This document shows positions 42,044-58,075 of a DNA stretch of 64,000 nucleotides, piece after piece; the first letter of the stretch is position 1, and every line of letters starts with the position of its first letter. The position numbers and the translations under genes were made by a program. The DNA is from Bugula neritina (taxonomy: Eukaryota > Animalia > Bryozoa): contig OZ037773.1 of the NCBI GenBank assembly GCA_964035545.1, positions 8,151,751-8,215,750 on the forward strand, written 5' to 3'. The notes beneath the pieces were generated by a model. The model did no database searches, was not told the origin of the DNA, and worked only from the letters and a program-made list of their open reading frames with translations.

Positions 42044-43959
42044 CAACTTAACTAGAATATTCTAAGTATATTTCTTGCACTCAATTATTCTGAATTGTTT
42101 TTGACTAAACAGACTGTGATGAACATTGTTCTCATACTTCAAATGTTTTCCGCATAAAATTTATATTTAAATTGTTTTTATTATTATTCAACTAAGTGTT
42201 ATTTTTATGTGGGTTCATGAAATTATTTAAAGAGTAAGAGTTATCAGCTCTATAGATTTCAGGGTTGCATGAAGAGCAAATGGAAAATAGTTATCAGCGC
42301 TGGCAAGAAAAGACAACTCACACTGTTACAGCTAGATAAATTAGCTTCAATGTTGGATTCTGAGCTGCAAACTTTGCCTTGGTTTAAAGTTTTTAGAGTA
42401 GTGTTTAGGTTTGGAGTGGTTACTTTATTTTATAGACGTACAATTTCTCATACTGCTGCACAAACTAATAGAGTTTAGGCTAGTAGCTTCACACATCTCT
42501 GGGAATACAGACAATAGTTTGAATATTATCTAACTTGAGCTTCTAGCAAAAACCGCCATGACTTCTGGAAGGTTGCTTTATTTAACCTCAGAGCATCTGT
42601 AACCTGATGCATGCATCACAACCACCTTAACTGTCTTCTATACAAACTAACTCAACCTACTCACCCGTCTACACATAAATCAAGCAAATAAGCCAATGCT
42701 GAACAATTTAATCCCATTAATAATGTATTTGTACAATGCTAATACATTCTTTCATCAACTCCCCCAGCGTAGCCTACTACCTAGTATTGTCAGCACAATT
42801 ATTTAGTCTTCGTTGTTTTGATTATAATTTATCAGGTAAAAAACAGACATTGTCTAGAGTAGGCATTATCATAAGTTTCCAGGTTATGAGTTGGTGCTGC
42901 AGTTCTAAATAAACATAATAATATTTAATATGAAAACTGATCTATTTTACACTAAAACCCTTTAGAAACCAGCAGTATATAAGCAACTGAGAACTTAGCC
43001 TAAAGTTAAGGTTTCACTGAAGTTCAAAACTAAGGCTACATGTACAATGAGTAGTAGATAAAAAGTGGCAGCTTTCTGCTACACTCTGTAAAATATTTTG
43101 CATAAAGTTGTTTTACAGGGTTAGCAATTTGGAAAAAGAAAACAGAAAACCCGGTACTGTTTCATCAAAATTGTGCTGCCATTACAAACACTGCAAGCAG
43201 AAATATCTACAGTGAAAGATCCTAGCATCATGTTACATTACAAACAGCCATATATTGAAACATTTGAAATTGTCTCCCCAATTAATATAAATAGAAACTA
43301 AATGAATAAACAATACATAAATAGCAAAGAAGTGTACTTCACTTATTACAATGAAAACAATCAACGAAGCCGTAGACTTCATTGTAAGCATTCAATGTAC
43401 TGCATCTTCTGTTGTGCATTTTTGGATGCATCATATCACGCTAGGCTTATAGATATGTGCGAGTATAAAGGCTGTCGTTAACATCCTTTAGCCAGCGTGT
43501 GCTGTGTATACCTACTTTACGACACTTTACAATACACATGTGCAGGAGTGAATCAATACATAAGTTGCCTCTCCAGCATGTGCACAACAACACCAACCTT
43601 TTGAGAGCTCCTAGACAAATATTTAAATTACCAAATGACTAATTAGTAAGTTGAGAACTGAGACATCTGTGTTGAAGGAGCGAAACGCGAGTCAGCGTTC
43701 TTTCTGGCATCACTTACTCACTTGTAGATCGTCAGCCTGTCTGTCTCTTATGGAATATTTTTTTCTTGTGCATTTGTGTCTTTCTCAGGTAGGTGAAATG
43801 CTTGTACTTTTAGTCACTACTCATTTTATATGGTATAAAATATTGTTACAGTAATAGTCATAGTAATTTTGTAGTAACAATTTAACAGAAGTAAATAACT
43901 CTTCATCACTTTAATATTGCTTGTAAAACAAGAGCTTATACTCATTTTAATTTATTAGA

Positions 43960-44310
43960 ATTATTGTGAGTAGCAGTATTAGTGTGAGTAGCAATGTTAG
44001 TGTGAGTAGCAGTATTATTATGAGTAGTAGTATTATTGTGAGTAGCAGTATTATTATGTGTGACAGTATTGGTAAAAAACCAGTATTAGTATGAGTAGCA
44101 ATGTTTGCTATAAGTATCAGTATTAGTATGAGTATCAGTATTAGAGTGAGTAGTATTATCAGTATGAGTATCAATACCAATATTGATGATGAGCAGTATT
44201 GGTAAAGTACCAGTATTAGTATAACTAGAAGTATTAGTATAACTAGAAGTATTAGTATAACTAGAAGTATTAGTATAACTAGCAGTATTAGTATGAGTAA
44301 CAGTATTAGG
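43960..44310. repeat. 18-bp minisatellite (AGTATTAGTATGAGTAGC-like)
   Basis: Direct inspection; source of the spurious LLTLIL / YTNTSS ORFs. Confidence 0.9.
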
Positions 44311-45422
44311 TAACATTACGAGTAATAGCCAGTGTTTGTATTGGCTCTCTCTAATGCTAGCAAAGAAATGAGTGTGAGGAATCATGCGGAATAGTAATTC
44401 CAGCAGACGTAGATGTGAATAATTATACTGCATTATAGTAAGATGGTGAATGTAATGGTAGGAGATATTTGTGGAGATGACCAGAAGAGGGTTCTTTTTG
44501 TGTAATACTTTCAGGCATGCCTACCCCCCCCCCTCTCTCTCTCTCTAACTAATAATATTGTAATATAACTGTTGCTTCTTAGCAGAAGTGATATTATAAG
44601 TCACAAATCTGCCATGACTCAGGGGGAACAACTTCCACAACAAATTTAGAAACGCAGCTAGTACCAGCTTATAGCTCTAGTTACTCACTTGAAATAAACA
44701 ATATGTATGAAACACGTTCCAACGTGCTGATTCACAGGCTATGCTAAGACTAATTATATTTTGCCTAGTCTTTGGTGGCCAAGTTACTTGCAAGTAAATT
44801 ACTGGCTGAACAAATGCAAACAAATACTTCTTGTTATTCCATTGTGAAACTGAAACTAATCATATGTGTAGCAAAAATGCTTACAGGTTTATAGCTTACA
44901 ATAAAACAAACAAAATAACAGTTATTAGTGATTGGTGGACACAAACATGTTTGTTATCATGTCAACTTGTGTACACAGTGTGTTAGTATATATGCCCACA
45001 GTATGCAAAATATATCGTGACCATTTGCCAGGCAGCTAGCTCATCAATATCGTATCCAGTCTTTTCTATGAGCTATATTGATTTAATACAATTAGTTGAG
45101 TCGAAACCAGCAGTCAAGTGTGTGTATTTCTATGAAGCTAATAATAATCTTCAGTATGCATATGTGCAATTACCTTTCATCACTTTCATAGTTCTTACTG
45201 CAAAGTTGGGCAACTCCTGAATGCATGTTTTTCAACTCTACCTTAACTTTACGCTCACTTTACCCTGGCCAGTATACAGTAACAAACTATTTGTAGACTA
45301 AGATCCTGTAATTCATAGCAGTAAAGCTGTCAAACAAATATGTTACAAGAGTATAACATAAATATTTTCTGCATTATGTCTTTTTCTGAAAATGTGGGTC
45401 CGAATCTATACGCTAAAAGACA

Positions 45423-45507
<85 letters not shown>

Positions 45508-45622
45508 ATGCACACACTCATGCACACACTCACTCACTCACACACACGCACACACACTCACACACACACACACACACACACTCATGCACACACTCATGCA
45601 CACACTCACTCACACACACACA

Positions 45623-45653
<31 letters not shown>

Positions 45654-45808
45654 CACACACACCACACACACACACACACACACCACACACACACACACAC
45701 AAACGCACGCACACACACACACACTCACACACACACACACACTCACACACACACACTCACACACACACACACACTCACACACACACACACACTCACACAC
45801 TCACACAC

Positions 45809-45839
<31 letters not shown>

Positions 45840-46317
45840 TGCACACACTCATGCACACACTCACTCACTCACACACACGCACACACACTCACACACACAC
45901 ACACACACTCATGCACACACTCATGCACACACTCACTCACACACACACACTCACACACACACACACACACACCACACACACCACACACACACACACACAC
46001 ACACCACACACACACACACACACAAACGCACGCACACACACACACACTCACACACACACACACACACTCACACACACACACTCACACACACACACACTCA
46101 CACACACACACACACACTCACACACTCACACACTCACACACACACACACCACACACACCACACACACACACACACACACACCACACACACACACACACAC
46201 AAACGCACGCACACACACACACACTCACACACACACACACACACTCACACACTCACACACTCACACACTCACACACTCACACACTCACACACTCACACAC
46301 TCACTCACACACACACT
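45423..46317. repeat. Compound (CA)n array with higher-order block duplication
   Basis: Landmarks CTCATGCACACACTCATG (x4) and AAACGCACGC (x3) recur. Confidence 0.95.
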
Positions 46318-46893
46318 AGTATAGTCAATATATTATCAGTAGCCAGTATATTAGTATCTGAATATGTACATAGTAGTCAGTGTAATATTAGTCAGTTACA
46401 TACACATTGTTAGTACTCTGTAAATAGAAGTTATAGTAGGAAGTAGAATTTATAAAGACCCTGAATCAAGAGGATACATTATGATGTGTGGGTTGGTCAC
46501 ACTAAATATTGAATAATCCTTACAATTAAATTAGCACAAGATATATGCAACTGCCTGGTTAATTGTCTCCCTTGGGACGGTGTGTTATTACTAGCTTTAC
46601 AACATATTCGACGTCCAGCTGATCAACTTCTTCTCAATCAATATATGCACATTTAAAGTCTTCAGTCAGCTTGTAGAGCACTTGCTGTCAACTGTCATTC
46701 AAGTCATACCAAGTCCTTGAAATTAATGTAAAAGGGTTCCATCTATTTAACTGGAAAATCAGCAGTACTTCCTTATGGCTATCGCCCTTACCATTGTTAA
46801 ATACATTGTTTACTAACACATTTATTTATATCTTTAATTAAATCTTTGCTTTCTTCTAATAATAATCCTGTTTTCTAATTGAATTTTTGATAT

Positions 46894-47005
46894 AAAAGAT
46901 TTAAATTAAATATTAAAGATTTAAATTAGATAATAAAGATTTAAATTAGATATTAAAGATTTAAATTAGATATTAAAGATTTAAATTAGATATTAAAGAT
47001 TTAAA
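46894..47005. repeat. 20-bp minisatellite (TAAAGATTTAAATTAGATAT)
   Basis: ~5.5 units. Confidence 0.95.
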
Positions 47006-49006
47006 GATATAAATCGCTTCATGCATTTGTGTACCTCCTTTATAGTAAACTGTGAGTAGTATGCGTGTATAGTATGTATGTAGTATGCTGAGCATTGTTG
47101 CACGCCTAAAGTCACGACAGATCAAAATCCAGATTTGAAATCTCAGGGAGTACAATGATAGAAGAGTAAATGTTTTGGTTTCTTATTCCTCATTTTGATT
47201 ACTTTGTAAGTATCAGTTATATAGTTAGAAATGAACCAATTCCATCAAATGTTTATCATGGTAATAAGTTCTTTTGAATGCTAATTTATTTTATGGATAA
47301 GGCAGCAGTAAAAAAATTGGGTGGTTAGCTGGCAGCGGCATATTTTAGGCAGCACGTTGGAACAAGCATGATTGTAGTACAATTTAGTATGAACTCAATG
47401 TGAACGTACAAGAGCATTCTTTTATCTTATTTTAATGGCTCAAAGCATTGCTTTTATAAATTAACTCAAAGAGTAGACAGTTTCTTATTATGTAGTCATT
47501 ACTGTGAGCTTCTTGAATGCTTTAAAACTACCTAAATTATAATTACAATTACACTATAATATTTTACAAAACTTACTAACAGATCATGGCATGACCTATT
47601 AAAGGTTTATACTTGAGCTACTTGTGCAGTTGCGTAGATAATTAAATTATTATATAGTAAGCGTTTTCATGATTTGAAATTAACTATGAGCCAACCTAGC
47701 ATTATATTTCAACTTATTACTTAGATGTAGAAATATATAAGTGCAATATTATACTTTCATTCACAATTCAATGAATAAATCATAATTATATTCAGTTATG
47801 GTTATCATAACATATTGTTATGTAATATGTGCTGCATATTGTCTCAGCTTTGTTAAATGGTTAGTATACTGTTTCAATTTGTAGCATTTGCCTTCCCCCT
47901 CCTTTTACTGATAACAATTGGTTATTTAATTGAATTGAATAATCATTTCACATAATATTTTTACAAATAATCATTGCAACTTGCAATTAGAAGTTACCTA
48001 CCCAAATAAGATATTTCATTTAACTATAATATAAGTAGTGTTTAAATATTTTCTTTCAAAATTGCAAAACAGTAAAAGTTTATTATACTTTATCCAGTAG
48101 CTGTCACATGATGCTTTCGTCACTCTGCTTGTTGCAAAGCAAAGGTAATTGTACTTGCACCATATGTCAGGTAAAATTACCTCCATAAAGCATGTGTTAT
48201 ACTACACATAGTTCTGCCTCTTTCCCATTTTGCTGTCTACATCTACACTATCACAATAATAATATTACAATCATTGAATTTCATTTAAAATTTTCAAGGA
48301 TAATCTCTGCTTCTTTTAACTAAAATGATCCCACAGAACCCTGCATTAAATTATCAGTATAAATGAAAAATCACGCACACAGTGTTAGGCATGAAAATCA
48401 TGCAAAACAATTCAGGTGTTATTAGGGCTAAGTGAATATAGCATTAACATAGGCATGCCTTGGCCGTATGATGTAATGGAATTACCATAATGCGGTTTGT
48501 TAATAGGAACTATTTATGTATAGTGTAGATGTTCAATGTATTATAATTGTGCAACATGTATCTTGTATAGTAACTAGTGTATTCTATTAAACCTGCATAG
48601 TGTAATACGTAATATAGTAATACTCTAGTCCATACTGCTACTATTACAATAACTCGGCTAAATTTGATTTGTAATTTGAATTTACTAAATAAAAATCAAT
48701 GAATATCCTACATGTTGTACATATTATGCATATAAATAAATATTTTCTAATGATATTTATAAATATTGCATTTCCTTTTACACATGATTGATTTATTTGT
48801 TTTGCTTAGCATTTCAACAAACTAGTAGTATATTGCCAGGAGTGTATGACAGCATAGTTCGTGTTCTGTGTTATAATATTATACTTAGTTGTGCATATGC
48901 TGACACCGAGATGCAGGCAGCAGTCTGTTTTGCTTCCTGGTCAGCACTTGTTGAGAATACAACTACTGTACAAAATATTGTTAAAGTCAGCATATAAATG
49001 CACGTT

Positions 49007-49616
<610 letters not shown>

Positions 49617-52586
49617 CTTAAACTGTAACTGCTCTCTGGGCTCTGACGTGAAGTGAGCTATAAATAGAACAAATGAAAGAGTAGAGCAGAAGGAAAGTGG
49701 CATGTAACGGCAGCATAAACACAATGTCAAATGCCTGGTATGCTGCTGGGGAACAATTGCATGGATTGTGAATATATATGGCATTCATTGATTATATTTA
49801 CATTTTACTGTACGATCAGTCATTATTTGTAAGCTGAAAAGCAAAGCAAATAATAGTAATTAACTGTGTAGTCAACTTTACAATGCATGCAATTCGTATA
49901 AAGTAATTGTATGTGTTTAATAACGTACAGCGGCATGCTCTAGTCTTATAACCTGCTTCATAATATGCTTAGCCACATGTCAAGAACTGAGTATACAGGT
50001 ATGTAGTGTACAGGTACTTAGTATACAGGTATATAGTATACAGGTATATAGTATACAGGTATGTAAGAAGTCAATTTAGGTGCTATAGCTAGTCAGTTCA
50101 CGTACATGTGAGTAGATTATTTGTAAGTATCAGTTGTGTGTGAGTAAGTAAGCAGGCATGTAAGTAGACATGTTGGTAAGTTTATGCAAATGTAAGTAAG
50201 TACATAACATGTAAGTGAGTACATTTTATTAGGTAAGCTAGTGTAAACATGTACCTCAGCAAATTTATTACTGCATGTAAGTTAGTATCTGCACATGTAA
50301 GTAATGGAGTGTCCTCTTTAGAAATGGTGCGTGCATGTAACTAAGTGCAAAGTGAAAGAATAAATGTATCTACATCTTTAATGGTGTAGATACAAATTCT
50401 TGTGAAAATTGCAGGAGCTTATTGTAACATTATTGCATACTGTAGCAGAGCATATATAAGAATTTGATTCTGCTGCCGCTGTTGCTGCTGCTACTGCTGC
50501 TACTGCTGCTGCTGAAGACATACTATTTGCTGGTATAGCAAACGACTATATAAATGAGATATTATGCATAATGTTGCTTACAGGAGTAGAATGTTATAAT
50601 TATTAGGTAGACCTACACACTGGACATGCCTTAATTAAGATATATGTTAAGGTTTGCAGCTGGTAGTAACTTACTCTGTACAAGGTGTTTATTGTCAGTA
50701 GCATACTTCATATATATCTTCTTTAGATAAAAGGTAATTTAATATAAACTACACAGGATTAACCTAATAGACATTTTCGGTATACTGTGCTGCATACATT
50801 TCTGCAATGCTACAGGGATAGCTGCATTAGTTCTTCAAAATATATTCTGTATTTTCTACGGGTGTTGAAAGCCCCTCCTAAAGAAACATGATACTGGTAT
50901 GGTATTCAGGTTATGCTACTCAACGCTGTTCTAATTTGGGGTAGTACAAATCAACTTGAAGACGATGTTCTACTTTATTTTATTTTAGTTATTTTGTTTA
51001 CCCACCTCAATAATTTTATTTTATTTCATTTATGAATTCTGTTTAAGTTTAAAAAAATTTTACAATGTTCATTTTTAAAAAATATTTTCATACAGTTAAA
51101 CCTCATCTTCAACTACAGCTTTTACATTGTGCTAACAAGTTTTCATTCCGCCACCTGTTTCTTGCCTGAACTGCGTGCAGCTAGTGCAAGTAGGTGATGC
51201 TGGTGACCAGTAATCCTTGTGCAAATCAATTAATTAAAAATTTTAAAAATGCTTTCAACTACAAATTTCACAAATGCAAAAATAGAGAAGCGTGTGTTTG
51301 AATAAATTAGCTCTGTAGGACCACAACTTGTTGTTTTCCAATGTAAATACAAATCTACTCCCTTGAGACTTGGGTCTAGATTCACTCCACTCCTTTATAA
51401 ACTCATGCACTCGTTAATTAACAATATCCACAGCCATCAACTCCGTCTTGCATATCAGAATAATCTAGAAGGTTGATTGCATGAAATTAGTATCTACCGC
51501 TCACTCAACACTTCAGACAAACCTGTCAATAACTTCGCTGCCGCTCGCACTAAGACCCTGCCTTTCTTTCCTTATCAGAATAATCACCAGCAGTCTATAT
51601 TGATAATTTACTGATAATATTGTATGTAGACTGAGAATAAGGAAGTGCTGAAATCTTCTGATGAGGGGCAGGTATCTTAGCATCCCGTAAAGTCTAGTAT
51701 AACACAGCACTAACTACACTGTGTTGAGAGGAAGTGGATACATGGAACTATCATATGCAGTATAGCCAGACCGTGTTAGCATATACTCAACAGTTCCCGT
51801 GGATAACTAGTGCTGCAGCGTCAACAACTGGGTGAGTTTTTTGTTTCCTCTTTTTCAGCAACAGTTTAGCAATTGTGAAATTGTAATATTGTTAGTTTAT
51901 ATGAAGCTTCGAAGTTTGAATATGGTCTTTAGCTATATTCTTGGTTCTAAGGCTTGGCAAACCTAGATTTTAGGCTACTGTAATTTTCTTATTGCATTTC
52001 TTTGAAGACACGACAATATTAAAATGCTTACAAACTGGAAAATAAACAGAAAGTGAATTCTTATTTTGAGCTGCAATAAAGTAAATGGCAACTATCATTT
52101 AAAGCATCTATTAACTGAAACTATAATATTATATATTAAAACTTGAAGTGACATTAAAGGTAAGTTTAGAAAAAAAATCTACTTTCTCTGATATGTAAAA
52201 CTGCATAGAATGTATATGTAGAGATAAACTGTATCTGATGTTATGGTGCGGCATGTTATTGTAATCTCCAAGTCGTTAATAGATTGCATTTAGAGGTACT
52301 TTTGTACGTCACTACATATTTCCTCAGCTCCGATAATTCCGTTATTTTATAGTCCCTGCAAGACTCTTTGCCTGTAGTTGAGCAGTTGAACAAATATCCT
52401 AAGGCATGTAACTGTTGATTTTGGGTGTATAATTAGTTCGGGACTAGAAAACTTGTTTTAAAAACGTTTACATGAGCTCTAAATATAGACTATATACAAC
52501 GTATGCTACAGCCATCTGACTGAAAAGCTAAGCTGGTAAAATAATACATCAGAATTATATACTTCAATTGATATCACATCTATGGT

Positions 52587-52690
52587 TGACAAGGTACAGT
52601 GAATTTCCAAAAAATGTATAGTTGTATGACAAGGTACAGTGAATTTCCAAAAAATGTATAGTTGTATGACAAGGTACAGTGAAACTCCAA
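52587..52690. repeat. 40-bp tandem repeat, ~2.5 copies
   Basis: GACAAGGTACAGTGAATTTCCAAAAAATGTATAGTTGTAT. Confidence 0.9.
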
Positions 52691-53791
52691 AATTTTCTGA
52701 CTAACCAAAATTTATGATAACTTCTACAGTTTATTTTACATATTCTATTTCTGAACTATATTCAACTATATCCGAACTGGAGAATTTTTGAACCTAAATC
52801 TTAAACATCGTACAACAGTAAGTTTTTAGCAAATGGTGAAATTTTGCTAAAAGCTTTTTATTCCTGGATCGGGCTATTTGGCCATTATATCTGGTTTGGC
52901 AGAATTTACAAATAAGTTTGTCATTCTTTCCTCCTCAACCACCATCAAATAAGACAGCTCTCAGCTGGTGGTGTGAAAGCTTCTCATCCTCTTTCTACTC
53001 TGCTAGACATTAGCTCTGCTAGACTGTATATGAGCAACCAGCAAATCACTAATCTACCCAAACTTATACGTAGAATGGCCTTTGGCAGCTAATAAAGCTG
53101 ATAGTTTATGATTGCAGGTATTGTGTGTAATAGTTATTAGGTTATGCAGTTGAAGATAGTGCTTAGCGGTTCATTTACATCTTCAGTGCATCCTATCTGA
53201 CTTCTCTATCTTTCTACTTCAAATTTAGAGAGAGTTCATGGTTGGTTCATTGACTTTCTGTAGACAGAATGTTAGAGTATTGTTTTTACCAACAAGAGCT
53301 GAAAAAGTTAATTATTGTCAGGAAATTAATTATCTGTATTTATAATGATATCCTTTATCTACATAATTCGGACTCGAAAGGCATTAACTCTTTGAGATTG
53401 TTGATGAATACTATAAGATTGTTGACAAACAACCAACTTTTTGGGGAGGGTGCAAGTTTCAACAGACTATGTTTTAGTAAAACAAATGACATTGATTTAT
53501 TAAATCTTGACATATTCAAAGAAATATAGGGAAAAGAACATTTGCTAGTAACAGAGTATTGTCACTATAAATGGGGTCTACAAGTCCAAATCAAAATACC
53601 AGCCCCTCACAGCTGGTGTGCAGGAGAGCTGCTTGCTCCAGCTTCTTTCTCAAGGCTGAGCAACCAAAGCTTTTTGTAACTTTGGTTTCCTTTCGGAAAA
53701 GCAGATTGGAGTCATTTATTGCTTCAAGGCTGAGCAAGAATATTTACATTCCATTTTTGAAAAATTTACATTAATTGCAGCTGATGCAAGT

Positions 53792-53955
53792 TTACCAATA
53801 TCTCATGTAACTTACCAATATCTCATGTAACTTACCAACATCTCATGTAATTTACCAATATCTCATGTAACTTACCAATATATCATGTAACTTACCAATA
53901 TCTTATGTAACTTACCAAGATCTCATGTTACTTACCAAGATCTTATGTAACTTAC
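53792..53955. repeat. 20-bp minisatellite (TTACCAATATCTCATGTAAC), ~8 copies
   Basis: Direct inspection. Confidence 0.95.
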
Positions 53956-54127
53956 TTTGCATGAATACCCTCCCTTAGTAGGTAATGTGAATATTACCCT
54001 TCAAATATGACCTATATATTTAACATACTTTAATCTATATGCTACAAGTATATAGCATATAGATTAATGCAGTATATTGAAGAGTAGTTTAATAGAGTGT
54101 ACTACAATGCAATTCATTGCAATTCAT

Positions 54128-54567
54128 TGCAGTGCAGTGCAGTGCAGTGCAGTGCAGTGCAGTGCAGTGCAGTGCAGTGCAGTGCAGTGCAGTGCAGTGC
54201 AGTGCAGTGCAGTGCAGTGCAGTGCAGTGCAGTGCAGTGCAGTGCAGTGCAGTGCAGTGCAGTGCAGTGCAGTGCAGTGCAGTGCAGTGCAGTGCAGTGC
54301 AGTGCAGTGCAGTGCAGTGCAGTGCAGTGCAGTGCAGTGCAGCAGTGCAGTGCAGTGCAGTGCAGTGCAGCAGTGCAGTGCAGTATTAAATTCTATGGCC
54401 TTGTAGCCTTCTAGCTTTCATTATAGCAAACACACACACCACACACACCACACACACCACACACACCACACACACCACACACACCACACACACCACAGAC
54501 TACACACACCACACACCACACACACACACACACCACACACACCACACACCACACACCACACACACAC

Positions 54568-54662
<95 letters not shown>
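54128..54662. repeat. (GCAGT)n array followed by a (CACAC)/(CA)n array
   Basis: Direct inspection. Confidence 0.97.
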
Positions 54663-54665
<3 letters not shown>

Positions 54666-55340
54666 AGAATAAAAGCGCAAAACTGCACTGAGAATGGCAA
54701 TCGTTGCACTCAGCAGTCAATCAATGATTTTGATTGATTTTCTCAATATGAATCGTATAAGATTTAGGGATTAGTTGTGTATGACTAGTGTTTTACCAGT
54801 TGCCACACACATACTTAACTTGTTGACTTTTCTCTTCAGCCCGCACAGTTCTAATCAATATGTATGTTTTAGCTATAACCTGCGTCTTATCTCCATTCAT
54901 CCTGAGTTCATTCTTTCTCTTGAAAATAACTTTATTTTGAGATTAACCTTTTTGCCCTAGCGTGACGTAATGAAAGAGAGTGTGCTAGTTCTGAGAGGAT
55001 ATAGCATAGCACGTGATAGCATAGCTTAAGTTATTCTGGGCATATAAATGTTTTCAAATATTACAAAAAGATTTTGCTAAAAGCATTTTTATGGTTTTGA
55101 CCCATTTCCTTTCATATTCATCAAGTAGTAGAAAGCAATATTTGCAGTTAGGTAATGGCCTTGATGTTTCAATGTAGAGTATAGGACAATATAATATAAT
55201 TTAATGCACTGCAACAGTATATAGGGACATTTTGAGTTCATCATTATCAGTTTTTAATATCAAAGTATGGGTATAACATAACATACTTTAGAGCTTAGAA
55301 TGGCACTATGCGTTAATAAATCGTATTAGTATTACTAGAG

Positions 55341-55343
<3 letters not shown>

Positions 55344-55400
<57 letters not shown>
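55344..55400. repeat. (TA)n microsatellite
   Basis: Direct inspection. Confidence 0.97.
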
Positions 55401-55402
<2 letters not shown>

Positions 55403-57559
55403 TCGCCTATAATAAGAATATATTATTTTTATTAATTAACTGAAGTATATTATGTCCAAAATTTAGGCCAGCAACTGAAGTTCAGCATATCACTGTCTTT
55501 AATCTTCATCTGAAGTTTTACTCTTTTAAATTCTTCATTTGGGCAGTTTGCCTGACTTTGTGAAGGCTGGATTTTATTAAACTTTGAAGTTATTGTTATT
55601 AGCTTACGCATAGCATTTTATTCATATAAAAGATGTGCAGTGGATAAGAAAAACGAACTAAAAAACACCGCAGCTAATAGGATGTACAGATCTAAAACCT
55701 GCTTGGCTGAGGGACAGTGTAGACAGAGTTACCAAATGCATAAGCTTAGATTTTAGTGGGATGCTTGTAAACCATCCCTTCGAGCTCATAAAATCATGAA
55801 TGCGGCACATTCTCTATAAGTAATTATCCTAGGAAACTAACTGTATGAATATAATGATGCTGCATATAGCTGTTAACATCTTATGTAATAATATATAACT
55901 CCGGACATACATGAACTTATTCTACCAGCTTTGATATAGCTACATGCCAGTGTAGCTACTATATTGAGTTGCAATAGTACAGGAGTTATGTTTATAGTAC
56001 ACTCTTCAAATCTACTCGCCCTGTCAGCATCACCCCTTAAGGGTCACTGAACTTGACAACGACCCCTCTCAAGGGTCACTGAACTTGTCAGCACCATTCC
56101 TACGGAAGGAAGTTGGAGGTTTTAACGAGCTTTGTTAGATCGTGCAGCAAAATTGAGATTTAAAAAGTGACAAGCTGTCTCGGGTTCTCTTGCTGTAAGG
56201 AATCCTCGTAGTTTGGAAAGTAGATTGGAGTTGTCTGCTTCTATTCATTGTGGAAGTCTCAACCCTTATCAGCAGAGAAATCTTTTTGGAAATTTCTTTT
56301 TTATTTGTAATAAATTATATCTGAAAACAAAATATTCTGAAATATTGTTGAGCTAGTAAGATAGAAGTAGATAAAGTAGTTTCAGATTCAATTTATGTTT
56401 CTTCTAGGACACGTGTGTACTTAACCGGAGATAATATTTCAAGTTCAATCTCATAAAGAAATGCAAGATCAATAATAATAAAGGAACAATATGGAGCAAT
56501 GTCTGCAAATACCTTTATTATTTGCTCAGTATATTTATTGTATAAATTCTCATTTATTATTTACAGCAATTGTATGTAGTTGTAGACCTATAAATAACTT
56601 ATTTTTTAACTATACTGTATAGAAATTTTATTTAAATAAGTTTTTTGAACATCATATTATTCAACATTGACACCAAAACTAATTACATAACACGTAAAGC
56701 CAATAGTTTGATTAAAAGTTTGCTCTAAGTGGAAGTTTGTCCAAGTGGCTTGATTATTAATTATTTTATTAATATTGGAAGAGGCTTATCTATCATGCAA
56801 TATCAACACATGCAATGCACTATCTATAATCACGTCCCAAATCAATTTATTTTCACTATAGCTTATGTATAAATGAAATTCCTGATGCAAGCTAACAAGA
56901 TGTGCTTTGATTGTCTACAAGATAGAGTAAATAGTTAGCTAATTAGTTATAACGCTTGCATACAATACACATTATAGAGTAAAACTAATATACCCTGTGA
57001 GAGAGCACAACTCTAACCTAGACATTTACTATGACCAGCAGTACAGCTGTAGGCTGTCATAAGCCAGAATTCTATGTGCCATTAGTTTCAATCTTTATCA
57101 CATTATTATTACTGTTACCTCAATAATATTATGTTTCAACTGGACACAATATGTAGCAAATTGAGAGTGAAAGAGATTAGACTAAAAGCTGTGTAACAGT
57201 ATAGTATGCAGTACAAAGACCTAAAGTATATTGTTACGTTTCATTTGGGTAATAATTAGTGATTATAATTGTATATAATGAAGATAATTGTTATGGTTTC
57301 TAATTAAATATGTGCTATTAGTTCACTTTGTAGTTTTTATGGAACGGTTTAACCTCCCCCCCCCCCTCTTTCTCCTGCATAGAGTTTGTCTTCAACTTTA
57401 TTGAACTCATAAGTTCAGAAGCCATATTAGCTGATAATATCCATTAAAGAATACAGTAAAAGCATGTCATTATACTTTTAATTTCTGATACAGTCTTTAA
57501 ATGGTCCTTTTTTCCTGAAAATAATGAGCACCTGATGAATTGCAGTACTACAGTGTAGG

Positions 57560-58075
57560 TACTCTATACTATGTATTATGTACTCTATACTAAGTACTGT
57601 GTACTATAATTATACTGAGTACTGTGTACTATGTACTATGTACTATGTACTATGTACTATGTGCTATATACTATATACTATGTACTATATACCATGTACT
57701 ATGTACTATATACTATGTACTATATACCATGTACTATGTACTATATACTATGTACTGTATACTATATACTAAGTACTAGATACTAGATACTATATACTAT
57801 GTACTCTATACTAAGTACTGTGTACTCTATACTAAGTACTGTGTACTCTATACTAAGTACTGTGTACTATATACTAAGTACTGTGTACTCTATACTACAT
57901 ACTATGTACTATATACTATATACTATGTACTACATAGTAGGTACTATATGTACTATACACTAAGTACTGTGTACTATACAATAAGTACTAGGTACTATAT
58001 ACTAAGTACTATGTACTATATACTATATACTACATACTATGTACTATATGTACTATACACTATGTACTTGGTACT
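57560..58075. repeat. Heptamer-based (TACTATG/TACTATA/TACTAAG) low-complexity array
   Basis: Direct inspection. Confidence 0.9.

Noticed and set aside
53269-53774. Two short ORFs as exons or transposase remnants
   Set aside because: No recognisable motif and no consistent splice frame.
53792-53955. Regular 20-bp repeats (also 32500-32660) as a possible CRISPR array
   Set aside because: Units are contiguous with no unique spacers, there are no cas genes, and the context is eukaryotic.
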